Positions 13,966 to 25,269 of a stretch of DNA of 64,000 bases are shown in pieces. Below the pieces are notes generated by a model. The model was not told the DNA's origin and did no database searches. It worked only from the letters and a program-made list of their open reading frames with translations. The DNA lies in the NCBI RefSeq assembly GCF_006345805.1, contig NW_021837025.1, forward strand, positions 186,001 through 250,000, read 5' to 3'. Both the position numbers and the translations under genes were made by a program. Within the stretch, counting starts at the first letter, position 1. Each line of letters starts with the position of its first letter. This DNA is from Octopus sinensis. Lineage: Eukaryota.

Positions 13966-15154
13966 TCAACAATTTTTTTGCGCCAAATCAACAACTTTGG
14001 GTGAAATATTATTAAAAACAGTTGAAATTGTTAATTGTATTCTAGTAAATGCGTCAAGATAATATGTTGGATTATTGGCGCGGCGGTGGAGTTTTAAGGC
14101 CTGTAGGGCCATGGTTCCTTCCCAAGATTTCTTTAAATGAGGCGATGGATAGATGTTCATTCGGTCCTTGTAGTCCTTTCCGAAATCTTTCTTGAGTTCT
14201 TTCGATTTTTTCGCGGTTCGTTTTTTTCTTGACTGACAAACCCTCCCCACAAGCATAACTAATGGAGGGTTCGATATATTGCCGGTAGATTGTTTGGGGT
14301 GTATTTTCCTGGGAACGGAGTCAAAAGCCTTATGGATATCCACTGAGCACATAACCGTTTTGGTATACGGGTTGGCAGATAGTCCACCTGAGATGAAGTT
14401 GGGATATTGCTGATCCCAACGTAGAACTTTATCAATTTGTTGGTGAAGAGAGCCGTATTATCCTCACCCGATTTATATCTCTCCGGGTTTGTGAATCTTC
14501 TTAGGGATGCCCATACTTTTGTTAGAGGGACCTCCGCATTTAGTCCCATGGCGAACTTTTCAGCCCTCCCGTACCGTTTGTCCTTTCCAGACTGTTCTAT
14601 GAATTTATTCAGTAGTCTGATCCAATGCCGACTGTCTCTAGTAAGATGTAAGCGACCTTTCAATGAGTTCCGTTCCTTGATTAGAGGTAGAATCCTCGAA
14701 GGAAATTTTCTTACTGGTTTTGAATAAATTTTCCTAATTCTTAAGATTTTCGCCCAATCAAAATTGTTCGGTTGAAATGCTTGAGGGCAATGTCGACAGA
14801 ATCGAAATCGTGTACATCAAAGTTAATCAGTGATTTGTCAATGTAATGGGCAAATTAGACCCAATCTGCGTGCCTGTAGTCGTATTTCAGGTTGGGGAAC
14901 CCCTTTCTGAGGGGCAAATTGACTTGGACTTTTATAATTAACGGATTGTGATCACTCCGTAAAGGTAACGCCCCATTTGACCAGAGGTGCAAGGTGGAAG
15001 AACAAAGGATCAGATCGGGGGAGGTAGGCTTGTCCCTGATGTTGTATAGAGTCTTGTGTGCAGTGAGGGATTGTTCAGGATTACAAGGTTGTCCAATTGC
15101 TCGAGAATAGGAGTCAGCGGTTTGTGACTTTAACCAATGACGGGTGTTTTGCAT
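13966..15154 (-). mobile_element. Decayed APE-type LINE remnant with internal deletion
   Basis: Endonuclease C-terminus (SPDLIL..SDHNP) in ORF 14855-15154 and RT motif VDIHKAFDSVP in ORF 13966-14352, with most intervening RT missing. Confidence 0.75.
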
Positions 15155-15866
15155 TCAAATCCCCAAAAATGATTAGGTTATCGAGTTTATCAAAAGGGCG
15201 TAGATCTGTGTTTCGGACACGATCCTGTTGGTGAAATGTACATATTGCAAATCATTATGTTTCCAACTGAGGTGGGAATAGTAATTGCAGAAAACTCCAA
15301 ACTCGAATTTTTTCTTCCTGACGATAATCAAAGAAGGATGAGCAAATGATTCTTTTTTCATTAATCCAATAACTGGATTTTTGCGCCACCATAAAAGGCG
15401 AATCACACGACGCATACTATAAAAAAATATGTTGGATATAAATGACCAATCATTAATGTCGACCATTGCGAATAATATTTAATTAAAATTCCAAAAAATA
15501 TTGAAATTTAAAAACCCCAAATCCTGCTTTTTAAACACATAATTCCATAACATTTTAGATTATTGCAGCCTTTAGATGAGGCTTATCTTTCTTGAATGGC
15601 CTTGGAGCGCGAAAAGGTTTCCAACCTCGGACGTTATTTAATCTTGCCACGTGTCTGACTCTTTCATAAATTATTTAGTTCTTCAGTGGAAATCAGATGG
15701 CGTAGCTGACTTTAACTGCTCAATGTAATTCTCGCAAGTGTGAATGCATTTATTCATTCCTATTTCTCAACTTTATCTTCGAATACATTTTCTGTAAATA
15801 CTTTCACTTCCTACTTATTTCCGTAAAATGATTTTTCCAAAAAAGCAAATAATTCTGAAATGCTAG

Positions 15867-15873
15867 TATATAA
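15867..15873 (+). promoter_or_regulatory. TATA box of tetraspanin gene
   Basis: TATATAA about 25-30 nt upstream of the ATG at 15896. Confidence 0.45.
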
Positions 15874-15895
15874 GGAAAGTAGGAAGGAATAAGAA

Positions 15896-16709
15896 ATGTT
15901 CACAACTGTTGGGAGATTGCTGAAAGCCATCAATGCAGCTCTTTATCTTGTAAATGGAGAATAACTAAAACGTAGGTTTTGGGCATTGCCCTTTTTGTGT
16001 CGACTACCACTTACCGCCAGCAAAATACTCAACAAGTGTTTGAACAAATGGATTCAGGGCAAGCAGTCAATATAATCTACGCTCTCACTGTTGGGAGTGG
16101 AATCGTATCGTTTTTTACATTTCTCGTGAGTGTGCTCAGCTTAGTAAAACAGGATTTGCGAGTCAAATATACCGTAAATTAAATTGTCCTCATCTGTAGC
16201 TTATTGTCGGATATTCATTGATGCTAATAATCTGCGCGTCTTCAGTGATTTTCTTTGTATATGCCTTCGTACTGGTCTGTGTGTCGTGTGGTATGTTTCC
16301 AGGTTGACGAGGTCAGCAAAGACACGATGCAAAGACTAATCGCGGAATACAACCAGACTGGGCACAGACTTTTGGACCAAATTCAATCGATTGTAATATT
16401 TTATTGAACCTCAATTTAGAACGAATGTTGCGGATTTGCAGGACCAGCGGAGTACGTTCAGGGAATCCCCTCTTCCTGCTGTTCTGTTCCACCCTGCACA
16501 ATGATGAATTCTTATAGAATGGTTAATAGTTTGATTAAAGAATGATAGGGTTGTGGTTGGGTCTACTCCATGGCGCTCATTACAGTGTTTAAAATTATAA
16601 TAAGGATAATCATGTTTATCATTTTTAACACAGTATATATCATTGATACATCTCTTAGATTCTTGGAATGATGCATCTCTCCTACACAATACACCTACAA
16701 AGAGGATGA
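15896..16709 (+). CDS. Tetraspanin
   Basis: After removing 26-28 nt introns: four hydrophobic segments and a large loop with CCG, PSSCC and GC motifs. Confidence 0.85.
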
Positions 16710-16961
16710 TTTTTATATAATTCTGTCTTCATTTTTTAATGTAAAATAATTCTCTTCGTGGTTTTGACCTCTCATATAGTTCTTATTGCTATAAGCACAG
16801 TGACTATTTTGTATGTCAATTGACTCTTCTTTTGGATGGTCTGTACTTCACATATAAATGTTGAATAAATATAATTGAAAGCAAAATATATAAAAACATT
16901 ACCATCTGGAAACAAATTATAATTAAGATACTATTTAAGTTGGGAAATATTACCAATTTAC

Positions 16962-17935
16962 ATGATTTTTTTAATTATTTTAGTCCTGATAAAGAACTCA
17001 GATGGGTCATGTAACATTCATAAACAGAAAAAAATATGCATGAAGGAAACATGCTACATATACTATCCCAAGGCATTTTTCAGTCACAAATCAGCACGAG
17101 TTCTTTGTGAATTGTCGGGAAAACAACTTGCCACAGTCGACAACAAACAAGAACTAAGAACTATTAGAAGTAAGTTTTTTCTCTAATCAGGATTCCTCAA
17201 AAATATAAAAACAAACTCAATCGCCATTTGGCTTGACTACACCGACAAAAAAACAGAAGGAGACTTCAGAGACAGTAAAGGATATGTTATGGTTCGCATT
17301 CCACTCAGATTTGCAGAAATATTCAAATTGGCTTAGAAAAGTACTTCCTGCCACAAATAGATATACAAATTGTGCGGCAATGAACCTTCTCTCCTGGAAG
17401 TGGTTTGACTACGGCTGTCACGTCCGACTGCCAGTCTTGTGCAAATATACAAATCCTGCTTTTAAAGCGATATCTCGTCTGACGACTGCAACTCCAACGA
17501 CAATCAAAGTAGAACTCAAAAATGAGAACACAATTCAAATGACAAAGGCGTGTGGAAACCACATTGCCTCTTTGGCCAATGACCACCAACTGTCGACATG
17601 TGCGATCACAAAAAAAGAATTTTTGGGGAATATTAACTACACATTTTCCAAGCCAAATAAATTGGAACAAATCACAATTTACAGTGGTGATAACGAAGAT
17701 GGTATTGACTTGATAAATGCTGGTTTTGCTAGAACAGTCGAGGTTTTTTGATATTTTTGTTGAGGACTCGCAAAATAAAATGCTGCATTGTGCCAAAGTG
17801 GGGTCTGAACGACTGTGGAAAAACTCAAAAAACGTTTTCCGTTGTAATAGAACAATTTTATCAGCCAAGAAAATTATTTTCAAAAGCTATCAGCCGTGGG
17901 ATGCCTTGTCTCTGTGCGAAATAGAGATACAGTAA
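16962..17935 (+). CDS. Secreted C-type lectin domain plus F-type-lectin/discoidin-like domain protein (paralog 1)
   Basis: Signal peptide; CYIY, ARVLC..SGKQLATV, IWLD, YSNW, NCAAM, KWFDYGC..LPVLC; C-terminal LSLCEIEI. Introns of 21, 25 and 31 nt. Confidence 0.8.
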
Positions 17936-18480
17936 CTGTCCTAATTAATTACTAACATTTGGGTTGTCAGTATTAACAAATGCCTATTTTTTATAGTCCA
18001 GGGATTCCAGGGTCACTCAGTATTAACTTTGATGGATTGCACTAACCACAAAATTATTCCTACACTTTTAATTCATCTCTTTTGCAATAAGATGATTTAT
18101 AGACTATTTAATTTTATAAAGTTGGAATGCTTATTTAGAAAAAAAATAAATATTTGAATATATGATAATTAAACTAAAATTAAAGAATTTTTCAGGGGTT
18201 ATAAAAGTAAAATAAAGACATTTAAAATGCTAGTTCGTCACGTGGTTTACTTTTTAAATAAATGGCAGAGTAAATTACTGGGAAAAAGGTCAGTCTTCAC
18301 CGACAACACCGTCATAACAAAACTGGCAAATGGATTTCGTGTGGCCACTGAGCGCCTGGACATTCCCACAGCGACAGTACGACTATTCTTGACGAGGCAG
18401 GTGGGACTATTCCTCGATGCAGGATCCCGCTATGAAAACCAGCAGAATAACGGAGTTGCACACTTCTTGGAACATATGCT

Positions 18481-19852
18481 GGTACTTTTGTCGAAGTGGT
18501 CGCAGTTTTTTTAGAAGATAATTAAAATTAATTAATTTTTTTAGTGAAAAATAGATTATTTAATTTATAACCCTCTATCAATAATTTAAATGGTTATTAA
18601 AATTATTTAAAATTTATTTAACCAATTTAGTCATTTTTAGTACGCGGCATCCAAATTCCAGGACTGTAGAAGGAATTTATGTCTTTTACAATCTGTGCAA
18701 AACATTCCTTATAGTTCTGTATTTGTTTTCGCCACATAAATTCTGAAAAAATAACTAACTAAAAAAACCTGCGAAATAAGATCCCAGATGATGTCTTACA
18801 GCTCCTCTTTGAGCTTTATTCTTGCATTTTGCACTTCCCCACATTCGTTCTACTGTCTGGGTGTGCACTCCCGTCGTTGGATCCACAAAGAATTTTCTGA
18901 ATATATTATATTTCCTTACTTATGGTTAACGGTTTCGTGTGTGTAGCCGTTTTCAACCAATTGATCAGTTGAATACCCTAAATGTTAATCAAATAATGCT
19001 AACCTTTCCAGCAGTCACTATAAATAATGCTTCCCACCTCGACATATCGAATTACTAGACTGAGCAGTGTTTCTCTGCTCCTATCCGCGACTGGTTGCAG
19101 AAAACACTGTTTGGTGGCTCGACAAATACCACCGAAGACCCACTGTTTTGGTAAAACTCTTCCAGAGTTGTTTTTCCGTTTGGAAAACATACTCTCGTCT
19201 ACCTCCACAATCATACCAGGACCACCTGAAATAAACATTAATAATACCAATTTTGCCGTCAGATCTTTTAACAAGTGCGTCCACACAGACTTCACGTAAA
19301 AAACATAGCCCAATCGACATATGTATGTTCACCCCAATTGTATTCGTGATGAAGCCATTTGAAGGTATGCCTATCGTAACTCCATAAGTATATGTAGGCG
19401 ATGACATCCTCAAATGGCAATCTACAATTCTCTAACCAGGTATCTAGAATTATTTGAGAGAAATTATACCTTTTTTAATAGAACATTGGACTCTACAACC
19501 AACTCTTGAGCATTTCCAATTGAGCTTCGGTCCCAAGACTAATTCCATCTGATGTCCCTTCGGACATATGCAGAAAATGCACTGCATCCTCCTTACTTAT
19601 TGGGAGCTGTCGGAATTTGATGTTGCATAAGTCCACAACAGAATTTTCCATGTGACCTATAGTGCCAGTTTATATCAATATTAGGTACATGCTCGCCATA
19701 ATATTAAAAAATAGAAAATAAATTAGTAAAAAATTTAATAATATTTTAAATTATTGATAGAGCGACTTAAATAAAATATAATATATTCCACCTCAAAATT
19801 ATTAGATTTTTAAAAGGCCTAAAAAAACTGCGACCACTTCGACAAAAGTACC
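18481..19852 (-). mobile_element. Merlin (IS1016/IS1595-related) DNA transposon, 1372 bp
   Basis: Perfect 34-bp TIRs GGTACTTTTGTCGAAGTGGTCGCAGTTTTTTTAG; 8-bp TSD CATATGCT at 18473-18480 and 19853-19860. Confidence 0.95.
18627..19651 (-). pseudogene. Merlin DDE transposase with five micro-introns, one internal deletion and one homopolymer frameshift
   Basis: CPKGH..WKC..GC..SIK, REVC, KIGGPGMIVEVDES, QWVFGG, IYSDCWKGY, VNH..FVDP.TGVHTQTVERMW and SYFAEFMWR appear after removing introns at 19444-19469, 19226-19247, 18978-19003, 18897-18919 and 18743-18768. Confidence 0.9.
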
Positions 19853-21259
19853 CATATGCTCTTCAAAGGCTCCACTCGGAGGAGTCAGATGGACTTGGAA
19901 CTGGAAGTCGAGTCCATCGGAGCCCACCTGAACGCCTACACTGGATAACAACCTCCAAGAAGTGGTGTTTGACCATCTGCACGCTGTGGCCTTCCACGAC
20001 TCGTCCTTGGCCTACACAATATTGGGTCCCCCCGAGAACATCCGCTCCATCACTCGAGAACACTTGTTGGACTACGTCGCCCAGCATTACACGGCCGACA
20101 GACTTGTCCTGGCTGCCTCGGGGGGTGTCTTGGTTGTCCTCACACTGCAGGGGTCGACCACCAGCACTTGGTCACATTGGCTCGCACACACTTCGGCCAT
20201 TTGGAGACGTCTGTAAAGAAGCCAAGTCCGCCGTATGTCTTCAGAGGATGCGATGTTGGGGGAGTCCTACATTCTAGATTAAAGTGTGTGACCCAGCATT
20301 GGGAGTTGTCCATGTGGCCATGGCAGTTGAGGGGCCTTCGTGGAGTTCTCCCGACAGTCTTCCTCTGATGGTGGCGAATGCGTTGGTGGGGATGTGGGAC
20401 TCCAGTCAAGTGAGTGGACTCAACATGGCCTCCCGTCTGTCTAAACGAGTCGAGGAGGGGCGTCTGGCCTACTCATTCCAGTCGTTCAACACGTGCTACT
20501 CTGATACGGGACTGTGGTGGGACTTGTCTCTCATGTTAGGGGAGTCTACTTTGTCTCAGACCAGCAAAATGCTTATGAAATGGTCAAGGCAGTCACGGAG
20601 GAGTGGTCTGTATAATTCCTATATTCTTAGGAAGAGGATATGTTCTTCCGTGGGGGACCTCGAAGTACAGAATGCCAAGAACCTACTGAAGGCTACTCTT
20701 CTGTACAACCTGGACGGGTCCACGCCTATATGTGAGGACATTGGGAGGTGTGGTGTCTGATTAATCCCAGACATCTTCTGTTCTACGGGCGGAGAGTGCC
20801 ATTTGCCGAGTTTGACGCGAGGATTAACGACATTGACTCGTCCGCTGTTCGGGATATTTGTTCGCGCTACATTCGATTCAAGGAACCCGTCTTGGCTGCT
20901 GTCGGTTTGTCTCATCTTCTCAGTTTAAAGGACCCACCCAAAATATTCCCGATTATTCCGTTATTCGTCCCACCTTGTCTTGGTGATTTTCAGTTTTTAA
21001 AATTATGTATTATTTCCACTAGTTTTACTGCGATTTCGTGATTATCTGGTTATACTACGAGCACTTTGTACATTTTATTTACAGTCAACTCTCGTTAATC
21101 CGAAAAATTCAAATCGACTTTCCCTTCGGATTATGAAAGATTCTAAAATTTATAAAAAGATTCGAATCCGGACCTCTGAATAATGAGCAAAACTCTTATT
21201 CTAATATCAGAGCAGAAATGTAATTAAGTCAAATAATTATCTTTAATTAATGTTTCTTC

Positions 21260-21640
21260 TTTTAGAATAGCTACTCCGCTGACATGTTACGTATCGACAC
21301 CTCTCCTTTTCTTATTGTAATAAGAGAGTCAACTCCTCTGACGGGTTTACTGACATTCCCAGTTCCTCTCTTATAGCGATAAGACTATTCGTCTTCTCCG
21401 AAACTTGATGGCTGTCAACACTCTTTCCATGTTGAGTTTCCAGCATTGATGGAAAATGGTATAGACTCCTTAATGCCAACTCTGACCAATAGTTCAGTTT
21501 TAGACAATAGCCTGTGTATCATGCACAGACTGTGTTAATCGATAATGTCTTTCAACACGGTAAGTAATTTACTCTTGTTGATAATGTCAAAAGACTTATT
21601 TATGTCTAAAAATTGTTGAGAACCGCTTATAGAAACGAAT
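21260..21640 (-). mobile_element. RTE-like reverse transcriptase remnant
   Basis: LDINKSFDIINKSKLLTVLKDII...LLSKTELLVRVG resembles the RT fragment at 54350-54600. Confidence 0.55.
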
Positions 21641-23555
21641 TTTTGTTGAAAATTTTGTATTAATTCATTTAAAACAGTCCTAAAAGAATATCAGTATTAA
21701 ATGATTTTAAACAGTGAACTAATTAAGTTTCACAATCATTTTGTTTTATTTTTTTAATTAAGTTCAAAAGCATGTAATTGGCCTATTGTTAGGATTTATT
21801 TTATTTATTGAACCAGAAAATAAGAAATGTTGAAAGTGGTTTAAACTCAAATTAAATACATTTTTCGTATTTTAAATAAATTGTTAGTTATTTATAAATA
21901 TGGTTGACGAATCTCTACCGCACCCTTGTCTTCATTGTACCTCAAAACAATCAAAATTTTGCTCATATTTTTTAGATAATTTTTAACTTTTGCCAAAGTT
22001 TAATTTATAAACAAATCTGCCACAAATAATTTACAAATAAATCGAAAAAATGTAATTGAGGAAAAAATGTAATCAATTAAGAACTTTTATCGCTACTCAA
22101 CCCATGCCAAAATAATTGCCAAAATAACACCTCTCTCCCACCAAATTACCACTTTGTCCCGATTGCTGTGGAGACAAGTGGAGTGATAGGGACGGCCGGA
22201 GTATCGCTTCTGACCAAAATTGGGAAGTGCATCCACAAGTGCACGAAGGACCACCGCCAAATCGGCTGGCTGTACCAGAGGATATCGATCGCAATCTTGC
22301 GAGGTAACTCGCTTGCAATCCGAGGTGCAGCCACTGCTGACACTTAATTAGCTATTTTGAAGAACTCTTTTTAAATACCTTTTAAATTGGGATTATAGTA
22401 ACTTTTGGATTCTGAATCTGGACAAGTTTTCAAAGAAAATCATAAAAAAATCTGCTAAATAGCTATCCTTATAAGAAGTCAGATGCTTTTCAACAATAAA
22501 GCCGTAATGATTTGTGTGTGCCTAAGACGTCTCATATTGACGGGGCACAGATGCAGTTGCAAATTTTACCATTCTCGGAATATGTCTGCCGCGGCGTTAT
22601 TAATCCCTATTCGCTTTGAATGAAAGAATTCGCCAAAATAGCCGAGTTTCAATATTAGCTATTTTTCGGAATCATGATGAACTTTCTGGTAGAAATCGAG
22701 AGATTCTTGGTCTGAGATGTAAAATTCATCAACTAGCCGTACAGTGTAAATATGCATGATAAAGGGTCACGTATTTTCAATCCAGAAAAGTCTTTTCAAA
22801 CTAATTTACATGATACGAATGAGGTCATATAATTCTCCCTATTATAAAACCTAAATATAAAAAATCGAGGTAATTTTCAAAAAAAAGTAATGCGAAAATG
22901 TATTGTGATCGGTTTTATTTTGGACCGACATGCTCAGATTATAATAAAATTATGCTTTTTTAAATTTCTCCACTAAAAAATAATAATATAAAAAAATACA
23001 AACCTTAATTAAAGCGTGCATAATGGTTCTAGTGGATTTAACAAGAGAAGAATTGAAAATAATCTTGATATTAAGAATAATATATTAATTGATTCCAATA
23101 TGAACAAAAGAGACAAGCATCGCCTTAAAAAAATCGAAAATTTTTTTAATTTTGTTGACGAAAAGGCATATTTTGTAAAGAATAACAAAAATTTTGGTTT
23201 TTTTTGTTCGGAAGAGAGAGAACTTAAGCTAAAAACTATCAAAATAAGCTAATATATTGAACTTAAAGCTATTACATAATGAAAATTATTTTGGGCGTGA
23301 TCGGATGTTAAGCCTGTTAAGAAATAAAATTTACTGCGTTAAACGTTCTGAAATCTGCGATGTAATTAAATCATGTGTTGAGGCCAGGTAATATTTTTCA
23401 TTTACAAATAGTCAAAGAATTTTATGTGTACGAAGCCTAGTATTACTCCAATTATTGCGAAAAGACCTCGAGATAGATATATCGCGGATCTCGTAGATCT
23501 AAGGAGATATTCTAAAATAAACGATTCATATTCGTCTTAATCAATTCATTTTCAA

Positions 23556-23750
23556 AATTTGCAGTAGTCGAACTATCTAAAACAAAATCTGCTGAGGAAA
23601 TTGCTCAACTTTTTTGAAGATTTTTTACACATACGGACCTCCAGTCATTCTACATACAGACAATGGATTGGAGTTCAAAAATTCAAAGATGGATGAACTT
23701 GCTAGAAAATTTAACATCAAGCGAGTATTCGGCAGACCACGATGCCCGTA
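23556..23750 (+). mobile_element. Integrase-core fragment (Ginger/KRBA2-like or Gypsy)
   Basis: KSAEEIAQLF*RFFYTYGPPVILHTDNGLEF...KRVFGRPRCP* is an rve motif with stops. Confidence 0.7.
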
Positions 23751-23870
23751 GATTCAGGATTTAATTTTTTATATAAAGATTTAATCAATCAATCAAATTT
23801 AATATTCTTTTAGTTATCGTTTTTTTAAAATATTTAATAAATAGTTTTAACAAAGTAACATTTAAATACA

Positions 23871-24625
23871 TTATTCTGCCATCTCGACATCTTGTGTGTG
23901 TTCCCTCTCAACATATGGCACATGGGCAGGGACCAGCGGCAAGATGACATCCTACATAATATGGACTACACCACCGACCTCATCCTCAATCAAGCACTCA
24001 TATTCATCCCTCACATCGTCGTCGGTCACATCACCCCCCACCACAGCAGAACTGATTAATCGACTTATCTCCTACTTTGTACAATTTAATGACAACATTC
24101 TGTTTTTCAACCGCCTCCTGACTATCAAGCAGAATATTCTCGGCATCCTCAATCGACAGCAACTAAAATGATGTGGAGAATATGCCTGGTTGAGGTGCTT
24201 CAGTGCCTCGTTTCCTTGTTTTAGACAATCGAAAATTCGAGTTTCCATTTGCTTGTTTTCTATTTGTCTGGTCTTTATTTTTAAATAAAATTTAAATACA
24301 AGTTGTTCGATGTTGTCCAAGTTTTGTTCTGTCCTCTCCGCAGTCTTCTCGGTTTGCTTCTTCTTCCTGAGAATGAGTTTGGCACGTCTGTGAGGATTTA
24401 TGTATTTGACTACTCTCTATTTCCCGATTGGAGTAGTTTTATTGCGAGATTTCTGTCTTTTTGAATTGCACTGATCAGTCTCCGCTGGTGGCATTTAAGC
24501 TGATCTCTTTGATTCTTCAATTGCTATTTGGGGCTGTTATTTGAATGCTTTATTGATACCAATATTATTTTGTCCGTTTCGGTGATTCTAGTGACTGCTT
24601 TCTTATGGGAAAAGACACCACCCAT
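23871..24625 (-). CDS. CHMP6: ESCRT-III subunit CHMP6/Vps20
   Basis: MGGVFSHKKAVTRITETDKIIL|QLKNQRDQLK, RAKLILRKKK, LKQGNEALKHLNQ|LLSIEDAENILLDSQEAVEKQ, LPLVP. Introns of 23-36 nt, including GC-AG at 24163-24185. Confidence 0.9.
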
Positions 24626-24742
24626 CAACACAAGGGCAATTAATATTTGAAAATATATCATCTCAATTTTAACTCAAATTATACTTTGTTTTAATTTTGT
24701 TAATATTGTTAGTATAATAAATGAGTAATATTTAGTGGTCAG

Positions 24743-25231
24743 TCATTTCTTGGACTCCTCCTCCTCGATCGGTTCGGGCTCTATGACAGGCTCCTCAACT
24801 TGCTTCTCTTCAGGCAGTATCTTGGATAGTATAATATTGGCTATTATTTCTTTAGATATGTCTTTCATCATATCAGACAGAATAGTCATCTTCTCACTCA
24901 TTCTTGAAATTGGCGTCAATTTTGGTTTTCTTTCCGTCTTCTCTTTACGCAGTTTTCTTTTCAGCCGCGACCGTGATTTTCTTGAGGGCCTGAATCTCCT
25001 CGATTTTTTAAAAGGCGATTTTTTTCGGAATCGTCTTCTCAAATACTACGATTTTATTTACTAAATGACCCTTTTATCTATCTCGTGGTCATCCTCCAAG
25101 TCGCCTTCCTCCATCAAATCCTCCTCTGACTCCTCATTCGGTATTTTTTCTTTTTCGTCGAATTCTTCAACTTGGTTGATCGTACATTTCACAGTGCTGA
25201 ACGCAAGAAGACTGAAAACTAGGAACATCAT
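24743..25231 (-). CDS. Orphan secreted 154-aa protein: signal peptide, acidic pro-region, KR, Arg/Lys-rich segment, acidic tail
   Basis: MMFLVFSLLAFSTVKC..EEFDEKEK..EESEEDLMEEGDLEDDHEIDKR, then a 24-nt GT-AG intron, then YLRRRFRKKSPFKKSRRFRPSRKSRSRLKRKLRKEK..EEEESKK*. Confidence 0.8.
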
Positions 25232-25263
25232 TTAGTTTCAATTTTGTTATTTTTCGTTCAGTA

Positions 25264-25269
25264 TTTATA
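25264..25269 (-). promoter_or_regulatory. TATA box of the secreted-protein gene
   Basis: TATAAA on the minus strand about 33 nt upstream of the ATG at 25231. Confidence 0.5.

Larger units (their letters stand above)
18227..20986 (+). pseudogene. PMPCB: Mitochondrial processing peptidase beta / complex III core 1 gene, disrupted by a Merlin insertion and an internal deletion
   Basis: [29 protein letters not shown]|[47 protein letters not shown]. Insertion at 18481-19860. About 51 codons are missing, with a frameshift, at 19943. The remainder is intact with 23-26 nt introns. Confidence 0.9.

Noticed and set aside
15173-15466. Possible Gypsy RT remnant
   Set aside because: Only a vague resemblance (HPSLIIVRKK..FCNY); insufficient support.
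22097-22800. GC-richer patch with possible RNase H-like or novel ORFs
   Set aside because: No convincing motif or splice model in any frame.
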